NCBI GenBank assembly: GCA_026702755.1 | Contig: JAPPBX010000017.1 | Span: 13,743-77,742, forward strand | Length of the DNA stretch: 64,000 bases | Reading direction: 5' to 3' | DNA from: Candidatus Poribacteria bacterium | GTDB taxonomy: Bacteria; Poribacteria; WGA-4E; WGA-3G | Shown: positions 9,452-17,800 of the stretch, piece by piece | Layout of the letters: each line of letters begins with the position of its first letter | Position numbering within the stretch: position 1 is the stretch's first letter | Position numbers and translations under genes: made by a program | The notes under the pieces: generated by a model | Told to the model about the DNA's origin: nothing | Seen by the model: the letters and a program-made list of their open reading frames with translations, nothing else | Databases searched by the model: none

Positions 9452-10987
9452 ATGTCTGAATCGCGGAGGACTTGGTATAAATTTATGACAACACTTTGGC
9501 TAATTATCCAGCGAGAATTCGTCTCAAATGTTCTGACCTCCCGATTCATGATCGGTTTTGTGGTCTGTCTGATGTCGACAGCTGCTGCCGTTTTCGTTCA
9601 GGTTGCAGATTACGAAAAGCGATTGGGAACATATCACGTTGCTGTTCAGGAACATCACGAAGAGAAGCGAATGTGGGACCTCTACAGCCAAATTAATCCA
9701 AAGGCATATAGGAAACCGAATCCACTCAGCATCTTTAACGTCGGCATGGAAAAATCCGGTGCGGATATGGTGAGTATTAAATTGGCAACACCTATTTGGG
9801 AGAAAGAAGCACAGAAACAGGGATCAGACAACCCATTCCTTTCAATTTTCCTTTCTATTGATGTCATTTTCGTCTTCAAAATCGTGCTCAGTGCGTTGGC
9901 AATTTTGTTTGCTTACAACACAATTTCAGGGGAGAGGGAGGATGGTACCCTAAAACTGGTGTTATCCAATCCGGTTTCGAGGGACGCGCTCGTACTTGGG
10001 AAATACCTTGGTGGCGTGTTATCTCTGTTTCCGATTGTGGTGATGAGTTTCACTGTTGGCATCGTTATTGCTTACACCTCTCCTGCTACTGATTTTGATG
10101 CTGATGATCTGCTACGCCTCGTCATGGTGCTCGTTGTTTCGCTGTTGTATGTGTCAATCTGTTATCTTTTAGGGATGCTCTTATCTGTGTGGACAAAGGA
10201 AGCAGCGACTACGCTGATCCTTTCGATGTTTATTTGGGGAATTCTGACAATTGTCCATTCAAATATAGCAACGTTTGCAGTCGCGAAGTTCCCACCGCGT
10301 AAACCTCAACCCGAAAAAGAAGTGCTGCAACAGATTGATCAGATGTGGGAAAATTTCAAGGAAGAACGAAATGCCCAACTGAAAAAGTGGGGATATAAGT
10401 ATCCAACAAGCGCGCTTTCTTGGATAGCCGATGGTCCTCTGACACTGTCGATTGAAATGCGGTCGCCAGGGGAACTCGGGTTCCAAGAACTTTATGAAAT
10501 CAAACCTATTGACATCTTAGATGTTTCCAAATTTCAGGAAGTATTAGGCTACCAAGAACCGCTCCGTATTGATTATGTAAACAAAGCTGAGGAAATTTTC
10601 AAACGGAGGGAGGACATTCGCGAAAGGAACAGTCAACTCGCCAGAGATATTTCCCGGGTATCTTTCGCGGACACATATCGTTTTGCTGTCGGCGCAATTA
10701 TAGGCACGGACAGGAAGAGTTATAATGATTTTATCGGACAGGTGAGAAATTATAAGCGTCAAGTTGTGGACTACCTCGCCGGTAAGAATGCATTTTCCGC
10801 GCGAGCGTGGTTTTCGAGTGATAGGGGAGCTGCAGAACTCACAGATCTACCTGTTTTTCAGCACCGATATAACTCCCTTTCTGAGGGTCTCTCGCGTGCG
10901 TCGGGTGATATTTTTATTTTATTAGCGTGGAATGTTATTCTGTTCATGGGCGCATACGTATCGTTCCTCCGGTATGATATGAGTTGA
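9452..10987 (+). CDS. ABC-2-type permease-like membrane protein (family A, second copy)
   Basis: Paralog of 1870..3381. EREDGTLKLVL motif, TM segments, a large C-terminal hydrophilic domain and a terminal TM helix. The start is translationally coupled to the upstream LamG gene. An alternative start at Met12 (MTTLWLIIQREF) is possible. Confidence 0.6.
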   Translation: MSESRRTWYKFMTTLWLIIQREFVSNVLTSRFMIGFVVCLMSTAAAVFVQVADYEKRLGTYHVAVQEHHEEKRMWDLYSQINPKAYRKPNPLSIFNVGMEKSGADMVSIKLATPIWEKEAQKQGSDNPFLSIFLSIDVIFVFKIVLSALAILFAYNTISGEREDGTLKLVLSNPVSRDALVLGKYLGGVLSLFPIVVMSFTVGIVIAYTSPATDFDADDLLRLVMVLVVSLLYVSICYLLGMLLSVWTKEAATTLILSMFIWGILTIVHSNIATFAVAKFPPRKPQPEKEVLQQIDQMWENFKEERNAQLKKWGYKYPTSALSWIADGPLTLSIEMRSPGELGFQELYEIKPIDILDVSKFQEVLGYQEPLRIDYVNKAEEIFKRREDIRERNSQLARDISRVSFADTYRFAVGAIIGTDRKSYNDFIGQVRNYKRQVVDYLAGKNAFSARAWFSSDRGAAELTDLPVFQHRYNSLSEGLSRASGDIFILLAWNVILFMGAYVSFLRYDMS

Positions 10988-11148
10988 GGAGGAGGGTTAT
11001 CAGTTTTTTAGTTTTCAGTTTTCAGTTAAGATGCGCTTTGTAACAATCTTCCCACCATAGAATATTTTAGGGCGAGGTGAATTGTTACCAGAAACCTCTT
11101 GTGACTGATAACTGTTAACTGACCGCTGACAACTGACAACCATTAAAA

Positions 11149-12603
11149 ATGATTTGGCATATTGCGAAAAAAGAGATATATCATAACCTCATGACGCTGC
11201 GGTTCGTTTTGATGGTAATCCTGCTGCCTGCCCTAATGCTGGCGAACGCGCTCATATACGGCTTCGGCGATAGTGGATATAGAGAGGAAGTCGATGCGTA
11301 TAACCTCGCGATGGAAAGAAGATTGTCTCGCGTTAAGGACGATGCCGACGAGAGTTTAGGGAAACTCGCTATGCGGGGTCCCGGTGAGATTTACAAGCGT
11401 CTGAGTCGATTCAAATTTTGTGCTGATGGGGCTGCTGAACTCATCCCGAACTCTATCCCCATTGCAGCGCATGGAGGCGGTCGTGGAGGTAGTGGTGGTG
11501 TAGTAGAAGACTACAGTTGGCGAGAAATGTGGACTCTTGAATATCTACCGTCAAATCATGGAGGCGGCGCAACCACACTTATCAAAATCGACTGGGTGTT
11601 CATCGGTATCTTCATGGGTTTCTTTGTTATACTATTCACTTTCGATGCCATTGCCGGGGAACGGACAAAGGGAACACTGAGCCTCATGATGTCTAACCAG
11701 ATTTCCCGAGGACAGATGCTATTCGCGAAATATCTGGGCACGTTTTTTACACTCATGGTGCCGCTCACAATAGGTATCCTCATGAACCTACTGGTCATCT
11801 ATCTTTCAGGGAGTATTTCGTTTAGTTCGAGTGATTGGCTTAGAATTTTAGGGATGGTCGGACTTTTTACGCTGCATATCTCTATCTTTATTTTTCTCGG
11901 ACTGTTCTTCTCAAGTCGGGTATCAAACGCCATCACCAGTTTAGTGTGGTTGCTATTAACTTGGGTATGCTTGGCGTTTATCTTTCCGAGCTTACTCGGA
12001 CTTTTCGTTGGTACCCTCGACCCGATTCCGTCAATAGAGATCGTCTCCTCGCGAAAACGTGCACAATTAGCAAACATCGAGGATGAATTTCGTCCAATGG
12101 AGTTGTTGGAGGTAACCAAACTAAGCGAGGCACCTTCACCTGATAATCCATCAGCCACACGCCGATGGGCAACGTACTTCACGAGAAGGTACGAAACGAA
12201 AACCCGTATAGCCGACGAACACGTAGATCAGCAATTGAGGCAGGTGAAACTCGCCAGGGAACTCACCCAAATCTCTCCGATAGTTTGCTTCCAATATGCA
12301 ATGGAAGGGCTTGCAAACACTGGGATTGTTAGTTATATGGATTTTGTCAAGCAGGTTCGCCGTTACAGACAAACATTTATAGATTTCATCAAAACGGAGG
12401 ATCAAGGCGATCCGGAGAGTTTACATATCTATCCTGTGAGAGAAGGGTTGTCTCAGAAACCGGTGGACCCAAACGCTATACCAAGGTTTAAAGAGCGCAT
12501 TTCATATCAAAGTGTGATTTTTCCTGTCGGACTGTTAATCCTTTTTAATATCTTGTTCTTTACTGCAGCGCAGTTGTCCTTTCTGAAATGTGATCTGAAA
12601 TAA
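11149..12603 (+). CDS. ABC-2-type permease-like membrane protein (family B, second copy)
   Basis: Paralog of 3554..4978. ERTKGTLSLMM motif. Gly-rich loop GGGRGGSGG. It is preceded by the CTGACAACTGACAACC-ATTAAAA-ATG leader motif. Confidence 0.6.
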   Translation: MIWHIAKKEIYHNLMTLRFVLMVILLPALMLANALIYGFGDSGYREEVDAYNLAMERRLSRVKDDADESLGKLAMRGPGEIYKRLSRFKFCADGAAELIPNSIPIAAHGGGRGGSGGVVEDYSWREMWTLEYLPSNHGGGATTLIKIDWVFIGIFMGFFVILFTFDAIAGERTKGTLSLMMSNQISRGQMLFAKYLGTFFTLMVPLTIGILMNLLVIYLSGSISFSSSDWLRILGMVGLFTLHISIFIFLGLFFSSRVSNAITSLVWLLLTWVCLAFIFPSLLGLFVGTLDPIPSIEIVSSRKRAQLANIEDEFRPMELLEVTKLSEAPSPDNPSATRRWATYFTRRYETKTRIADEHVDQQLRQVKLARELTQISPIVCFQYAMEGLANTGIVSYMDFVKQVRRYRQTFIDFIKTEDQGDPESLHIYPVREGLSQKPVDPNAIPRFKERISYQSVIFPVGLLILFNILFFTAAQLSFLKCDLK

Positions 12604-12610
12604 GAACTTT

Positions 12611-12639
12611 TTGACTCTTTTCGTTAAATCTGCTATCAT
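12611..12639 (+). promoter_or_regulatory. Candidate sigma-70 promoter for LamG paralog 2 (TTGACT-17-TATCAT)
   Basis: ttgactcttttcgttaaatctgctatcat lies about 90 nt upstream of the ATG at 12732. Confidence 0.35.
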
Positions 12640-12731
12640 TTTTCCAATTGATGTGGTGGTACGCGGTTAAGCGTATTTTCACTGGTTCCGAGACCTTTTT
12701 ATTTTCTCTAACCTGTCAAAAGGAGTTTATC

Positions 12732-13526
12732 ATGAAAAGGGTTCTTGTGATTTTCGCGGTGATTGGGATACTCATCAGTTTTGCACCGTGTAGTAAAGCC
12801 AATCCGCCGGATGGATTAGTGCTACATCTGAGTTTCGATAAAAATAGCATTCAAGGCGATACCGCAAAAGATCTGTCTGAGGAAGGCAATGATGGGATCA
12901 TTAACGGTAACGCAACGATGGTCGCGGGAAAGCATGGCGACGCATTGGAGTTTGATGGCAAGGATGACTTTGTTGAAGTACCACTGGAAGATTCGATTAC
13001 CTTTTCCACTGGCGATTCACTAACAGTCCAAGTGTGGGTAAAAACAGACGATGAGCCACCAAAGAACGATGGGATTGTCGGAAACTATCGTCCGGGTACT
13101 GATGCGGTTTGGATACTCTCTGTCAGCGGCGATAACCCAGCGACTCGTGGCAAAATGGCTTTTAGTGTCCGGGACAAGGGACGTGCCAATAGTGCTGGGA
13201 TAACTTCTCCGGACTTCCTGAACGATGACAAATGGCATGTCCTTGCTGGTGTCCGAGACCAGAAAGCAAAAAAGATCAGATTCTACATAGACGGTAAGTT
13301 GATTGATGAAGTTGATGACAATACAAAGGACATCAACAGCGGGCAGTCAATTTGGGTAGGAGAGCATCTGAACCGGTATTACAAGGGACTCATTGATGAA
13401 GTGAAAGTGTGGAACCGTCCATTGACCGCCGCGGAACTTGAGCAATCAGGCCAACAACCGTCTGCTGTTGGTGCCTCCGGAAAGTTGACGACTGTATGGA
13501 GTGCGCTCAAAACAGCACACCGGTAG
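12732..13526 (+). CDS. Secreted LamG_3 / concanavalin A-like protein (paralog 2)
   Basis: AAGGAG RBS then ATG. Signal peptide MKRVLVIFAVIGILISFAPCSKA. LamG_3 motifs (GLVLHLSFD, LTVQVWV, C-terminal LIDEVKVWNRPLTAAELEQ). C-terminal tail GKLTTVWSALKTAHR. Confidence 0.7.
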   Translation: MKRVLVIFAVIGILISFAPCSKANPPDGLVLHLSFDKNSIQGDTAKDLSEEGNDGIINGNATMVAGKHGDALEFDGKDDFVEVPLEDSITFSTGDSLTVQVWVKTDDEPPKNDGIVGNYRPGTDAVWILSVSGDNPATRGKMAFSVRDKGRANSAGITSPDFLNDDKWHVLAGVRDQKAKKIRFYIDGKLIDEVDDNTKDINSGQSIWVGEHLNRYYKGLIDEVKVWNRPLTAAELEQSGQQPSAVGASGKLTTVWSALKTAHR

Positions 13527-13544
13527 TATTCTATCCAGTAGGGG

Positions 13545-13575
13545 CGAGGTGACCTCGCCCCTACTGCGAACTTAA
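13545..13575. terminator. Perfect 13-bp-stem hairpin between convergent genes (candidate bidirectional terminator)
   Basis: agtaggggcgaggt-ga-cctcgcccctact lies immediately after the LamG-2 stop and is flanked by A/T-rich sequence. Confidence 0.45.
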
Positions 13576-13687
13576 TCTAAAAATAAAAGCAGTATCTGAT
13601 TTGATCATAGGGGATATTTAGGCACCCCCCTCGGTTAAACAACTAAAATAAGAACTCGGGCAACTGGTTCCGTTTGAATGTTGAACC

Positions 13688-14743
13688 TTAACTTAGCGAA
13701 AAAACGCTCACCCCACCCGACTCGTCACCAACAGCAATATACTGGTCGTTCGGTGACCAAACGAGGCTTGTGACCCCCGCTGCCAGGGCGGCTTCATGAA
13801 CCGCCAGAGAACTCATTCTGCCTCGCAATTGCCAGACGTAGATCAGACCGTCAGCACCACCTGAGGCGAGCAGTTTTCCGCGATGTTGAAAACGCACAAC
13901 GCTGAGAAAATCCTGATGCCTGGAAAGCGTGATCGGGTTGGTCCCAGCCGGGCCGCGACCGGAACAATCCCACACCGTAACTTCCTGACTGCCTCCGGTA
14001 GCCAAGTATCGACTCGTGGCATCCCACGAGAGTTCTCGCACTTTCGTCGGATAGCCAGTCATTTGCAAGTCTTCACCGGTAGACATAATCCAGAAATGTA
14101 CGGTCGAATCTTGATCTCCGGTGGCGATGTGTTTGCCGTCAGGGCTCCACGCAATTACCAGTGATGAGCCTTTCCATTCCAATCGGCGGACGGCTTCCGA
14201 CTGTTGCGGGTCCCACAGCGTGACACCGCCGTAGGCAATCGAGGCAAGTTGTCTTACACGCGGTCTCCACTGGAGATCAGAAATCGTGCTCTGATGATCG
14301 GAATATTCGCGAACAAGATCGCCGACAGCGTTCCAGAGTTTCAGCTTACGCCCCGCGGCAGAGGCGAGTATCGGTTTCTTGCCGCCACTCCAAGATAGAT
14401 GCTCAACCCATGCAGCGCCCCCGTCAAGCGAATGGGTCGCTTCGCCACTCGCCATATCCCACAACCGAATTTTCCCATCTTGTCCTGCGCTTGCAAGCAC
14501 CTTGCTGTCTGGACGCCATGCGATTGACATTGTACCGAATTCATGCCCTTCAAAGGCATGGATAACCGTTCGACGACCACCTTCAAAAATTGTAACCGGA
14601 CCGAGAACCGACGCGGCAGCAATGTATCTCCCATCAGGGGACCACGCCAGATCAATGACGTGGTCGCTGATGGTTACGGTCCAATTTTCGCGCAGTTGAG
14701 AGGGCTGGAAAAAGCGGTTGCTCAGGTTGTTCAAGCGAGACAT
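13688..14743 (-). CDS. WD40-repeat beta-propeller protein
   Basis: Multiple WD-like blades (AWSPDGRYIAAASVLGPVTIFE; IAWRPDSKVLASAGQDGKIRLWD; AWSPDGKHIATGDQDSTVHFW; VWSPNDQYIAVGDESGGVSVFS). Its start overlaps the 3' end of the upstream COG0523 gene by 13 nt. Confidence 0.8.
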   Translation of the reverse strand: MSRLNNLSNRFFQPSQLRENWTVTISDHVIDLAWSPDGRYIAAASVLGPVTIFEGGRRTVIHAFEGHEFGTMSIAWRPDSKVLASAGQDGKIRLWDMASGEATHSLDGGAAWVEHLSWSGGKKPILASAAGRKLKLWNAVGDLVREYSDHQSTISDLQWRPRVRQLASIAYGGVTLWDPQQSEAVRRLEWKGSSLVIAWSPDGKHIATGDQDSTVHFWIMSTGEDLQMTGYPTKVRELSWDATSRYLATGGSQEVTVWDCSGRGPAGTNPITLSRHQDFLSVVRFQHRGKLLASGGADGLIYVWQLRGRMSSLAVHEAALAAGVTSLVWSPNDQYIAVGDESGGVSVFSLS

Positions 14744-16083
14744 GCTTCAAATCCTTCAGTCAATTCAGACCGGTCGAGGTTGCGCCCGATGAAGATAAGG
14801 CTATTGTAGCGCGGTTCACCACCCCACGGGCGGTCGGGGCGACCGTCGAAGAGCATATGAACCCCTTGGAAGACGAATCGTTCTGGCTGCCCCTTGATGC
14901 TCAGAATACCTTTCATGCGGAAGATGTCGGGACCTTTTGTCCGAAGCAGGTTGCCAATCCAATCGTTCAGCCGGTCAGGGTCGAGGTCGCCGGGGGTTGT
15001 GATGCCGACCGATGTGACTTCGTCATCATGTTCGTGGTCCGGCTTAAATTCGCGTTCAACAACTGGCTTGACAAGGGTACCGCTGCCAAAGAGTTGTGCT
15101 TGAAATTCGTCGGGGTGATGCTCGGTAAACAGCGCGTAAGCACCGGGGCGGCCGATCTGCACGTCAAAGCGTAATTCGTCCGCCGTGAGATTCAATGCAA
15201 TGAGGTGTCCACCCGGTTGAAGGGTGCCACCCGCCGAAAGTTCATGCTCATCATCGGAGAAAACCATAACGACTGGCTCAACAGCGGACTCCAAAGCTTC
15301 ATCGGTTGACGCACTTACGGGCACCAACGCGACTTTCATCGCCGGGTCAGGACCTTCTTGGAGAACCAGTTCATGCGTGCCTGCCGAAAGGTCATAAACA
15401 CCAGCCCATTCAAACGGATACTCCGGTTCCATAAACTGTGGGTCAATCTCCATCGCCCGGTCCAGATCGAATCCACCGACATTGAGAATCTTGTCCATTT
15501 CAACCACGGCGTCTTTCGTTCGATAAATCTTCGCTGCAGCGTTCATGCTGCGAATTCTGGCTTCCAGTTGCTCTAACTCTCCCTCGGTCACAAGGTCAAT
15601 CTTGTTCAACAAAATGACATCGGCAAAGGCAATCTGTTCACGCGCCTCGTCGCTGTCATCGATGTGCTGCCAGATGTGTTTGGCATCAACCAGTGTCGTG
15701 ACGGAATCCAGTTGCAGTTTCTCCTGCATTTCGGTGTCCATAAAGAACGTCTGAGCAACTGGCCCGGGGTCCGCAAGTCCTGTGGTTTCGACCATGATGT
15801 AGTCAAACTTATCGCGACGCTTCATCAGATTCCCCAAAATACGGATGAGATCACCGCGCACCGTGCAGCAAATGCAACCATTGTTCATCTCGAAAATCTC
15901 TTCTTCGGCACCGATGACCAAATCATTATCGACACCGATCTCGCCAAACTCGTTTTCGATGACGGCGATACGTTTGCCATGGTTTTCGGTGAGAATGCGG
16001 TTGAGAAGCGTGGTTTTACCAGATCCCAAAAAGCCCGTCAACACGGTGACAGGAACTTGATTGTTTAGCATGGCTGTGTTCAT
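14731..16083 (-). CDS. COG0523-family (CobW/ZigA/YciC-like) metallochaperone GTPase
   Basis: Walker A VLTGFLGSGKTTLL. Metal-binding GCICCTVRGDL (CxCC) motif. ETTGLADPGPV switch region. C-terminal CobW_C-like region. AAGGAGAG RBS. Confidence 0.85.
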   Translation of the reverse strand: MNTAMLNNQVPVTVLTGFLGSGKTTLLNRILTENHGKRIAVIENEFGEIGVDNDLVIGAEEEIFEMNNGCICCTVRGDLIRILGNLMKRRDKFDYIMVETTGLADPGPVAQTFFMDTEMQEKLQLDSVTTLVDAKHIWQHIDDSDEAREQIAFADVILLNKIDLVTEGELEQLEARIRSMNAAAKIYRTKDAVVEMDKILNVGGFDLDRAMEIDPQFMEPEYPFEWAGVYDLSAGTHELVLQEGPDPAMKVALVPVSASTDEALESAVEPVVMVFSDDEHELSAGGTLQPGGHLIALNLTADELRFDVQIGRPGAYALFTEHHPDEFQAQLFGSGTLVKPVVEREFKPDHEHDDEVTSVGITTPGDLDPDRLNDWIGNLLRTKGPDIFRMKGILSIKGQPERFVFQGVHMLFDGRPDRPWGGEPRYNSLIFIGRNLDRSELTEGFEACLA

Positions 16084-16102
16084 CTTTCTCTCCTTGTAGA
16101 AT

Positions 16103-16363
16103 TTAGTCAGCGGTCAAGCTAACGATGTCCGTCTGATCCACCTCCGCCAGCGGTTTGTGAATCTTGTATTGCCGGGGCTTTCCCGGCGTCTCCATGATTG
16201 CAATGACCGTTTCAATAGGCGGGCAGCCCTCTTCGGTGCATTGCAACTGAGTAATCATCACAGAAATATCTTCTGATAGGTCAAAGACTTCGGAGACCCA
16301 CGATTTGACTTGGACGAGTTGCTGTGGGTCACTCTCTTTTTGCGAATTAAAAAAATTCAGCAC
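16103..16363 (-). CDS. Small hypothetical protein (86 aa) with a CTEEGC motif, first gene of the COG0523 operon
   Basis: The ORF sits 19 nt upstream of the COG0523 gene on the same strand. I recognise no family. Confidence 0.35.
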   Translation of the reverse strand: MLNFFNSQKESDPQQLVQVKSWVSEVFDLSEDISVMITQLQCTEEGCPPIETVIAIMETPGKPRQYKIHKPLAEVDQTDIVSLTAD

Positions 16364-16483
16364 TATTGTATGTCCTCCTTTAAACCGTCTGTCATCAGGC
16401 TCGTATCAATGTAGCAACGTTGTACGACAGGAACCTGCCTGGCGAACGCTTGCCACTGTGAAGCCTTGTAACTCACGGTTTGC

Positions 16484-16921
16484 TTATTTTTTCTCAAACC
16501 CGAACGAGGGTGATCGAAACCGATCAAAACGGTGACTATCAAAGGCTGAAGGCAACGGAAGTAGTGCATCTGCTCGTGCCACGGCTTCCGCCCAATCTAC
16601 GAGTCGCGCATAGTGTAGATGGAGATCTATCCGTCCTAACCACACGACACCGTGCGGTGAGGTGATACAGATGACATTTGCGAGATCGCACGGACCGAGA
16701 CAGCCTTCGCTGATTGTCAATGTTATTGAAGCCGACAGCCGCTTGTTCCGCCACTCCTTGATGAGCCACTCGACGGGGACAGGCGGTTTTCGTTTCTCTG
16801 TCACGCCACAACAACAACCCTTACAAACCAGTATATGCACTAAGACACGCCGCTTTGATGCGAGTTTGGGCGACGATTCGATTCTATTTGCTCTCATACC
16901 TTTTTCCTGCATACTGTTCAA
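16484..16921 (-). CDS. Thioredoxin-like [2Fe-2S] ferredoxin-fold protein (DUF1636-like), a family often adjacent to cobW/COG0523 genes
   Basis: Cys cluster VHILVCKGCCCG ... EGCLGPCDLANV. Size about 130-145 aa. The true start may be an internal Met. Confidence 0.5.
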   Translation of the reverse strand: MNSMQEKGMRANRIESSPKLASKRRVLVHILVCKGCCCGVTEKRKPPVPVEWLIKEWRNKRLSASITLTISEGCLGPCDLANVICITSPHGVVWLGRIDLHLHYARLVDWAEAVARADALLPLPSAFDSHRFDRFRSPSFGFEKK

Positions 16922-16975
16922 ATCTCCGCTTGGCGTTGCTGATGATATTCCTCTATTATCTGAACTTGATGTTTA

Positions 16976-17569
16976 TCAATCGCTTCCACGCTGTGAAGGC
17001 AAGTATTCGACGAGTTCATACCACTTTGCAGCCATCTCGTGTGCAGGAATAGGTTTCTTCTTCCATGCATCAGTACACCGTTGGCGATAGTCAAGTCCGT
17101 ATTCAGAAATAATCCACCGCTCGTAGTCGCCTATCCATGCGATACCTTGAGTGAGCAAGCTGAAAACGCGACGCCACGCTTCCACATCACATGGATGCGT
17201 AAGCTCAGGGAGTTGCTCCGGTTTCCATATAGGCAACGAAAAATCGACCGCTGCTGTCTGTTTGGGCGCGAATTTGTAACGCTGCAAGAAAAGCCCTCCT
17301 CGGCCCCCATCGCCATAGAAAAACCCGAATCCCCATAAAATAACTCGGCTTCTGCCAGAGTCACGCCACTCATAAGCGGTACTTCCGTGCTTGCCTTCCG
17401 GCGGTCGATGTTTGGTAAAACCGTAGGCGAGCAAAGCATTTTCCTCTGCCCGGCGAATATCCTGTCCCCAACACCACAACTGTTGGTCCAACAGCGTCGT
17501 CCCGATCTTCCTGACCTTGTTCAATGCACCTGACCAAAGCGCTGATTCGTCGTCAGTTCTGTCAGACAT
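16976..17569 (-). CDS. Hypothetical protein (197 aa)
   Basis: Long ORF with no recognisable motifs. It is co-oriented with the neighbouring zinc-related genes. Confidence 0.35.
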   Translation of the reverse strand: MSDRTDDESALWSGALNKVRKIGTTLLDQQLWCWGQDIRRAEENALLAYGFTKHRPPEGKHGSTAYEWRDSGRSRVILWGFGFFYGDGGRGGLFLQRYKFAPKQTAAVDFSLPIWKPEQLPELTHPCDVEAWRRVFSLLTQGIAWIGDYERWIISEYGLDYRQRCTDAWKKKPIPAHEMAAKWYELVEYLPSQRGSD

Positions 17570-17611
17570 GACTTATTCCCCCATAAGAAGCCGCTTCTAC
17601 CTCTTCTCAAG

Positions 17612-17800
17612 GTCACTAAGCAATTCAAAAGCGGTGTCAAGAACTGTCGGTTTCTTTGCACTATTTCTTAACATGAGCCACTTTTCCTCTGTGTTACACA
17701 CGATTCATCACTACCCTATGACATTCAAGGGTAGTGATGAATCTTATCGGCACTTATTTCAAAATAACCATCCGCTTCATCTGATGGAAAGACGGCGTGG
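17612..17800. repeat. Copy 1 of a ~180-bp conserved 3'-end element containing a 13-bp perfect inverted repeat (ttcatcactaccc ... gggtagtgatgaa)
   Basis: It is near-identical to 21817..21990 (aaggtcac[tg]aagcaattcaaaagcggtgtcaagaact.tcggtttctttgcactatttcttaacatgagcc ... ttcatcactaccc-loop-gggtagtgatgaatcttatcggcactta.ttcaaaataaccatccgctt). It overlaps the last codons of the 1078-aa gene. Confidence 0.6.

Noticed and set aside
11012-11040. Tandem heptamer runs (cagttttcagttttcag at 11012-11040 and 55418-55442) as possible CRISPR or minisatellite arrays
   Set aside because: They are only 2-3 units of 7 nt with no spacers. They belong to the CTGA-rich intergenic repeat family and are not CRISPR arrays.
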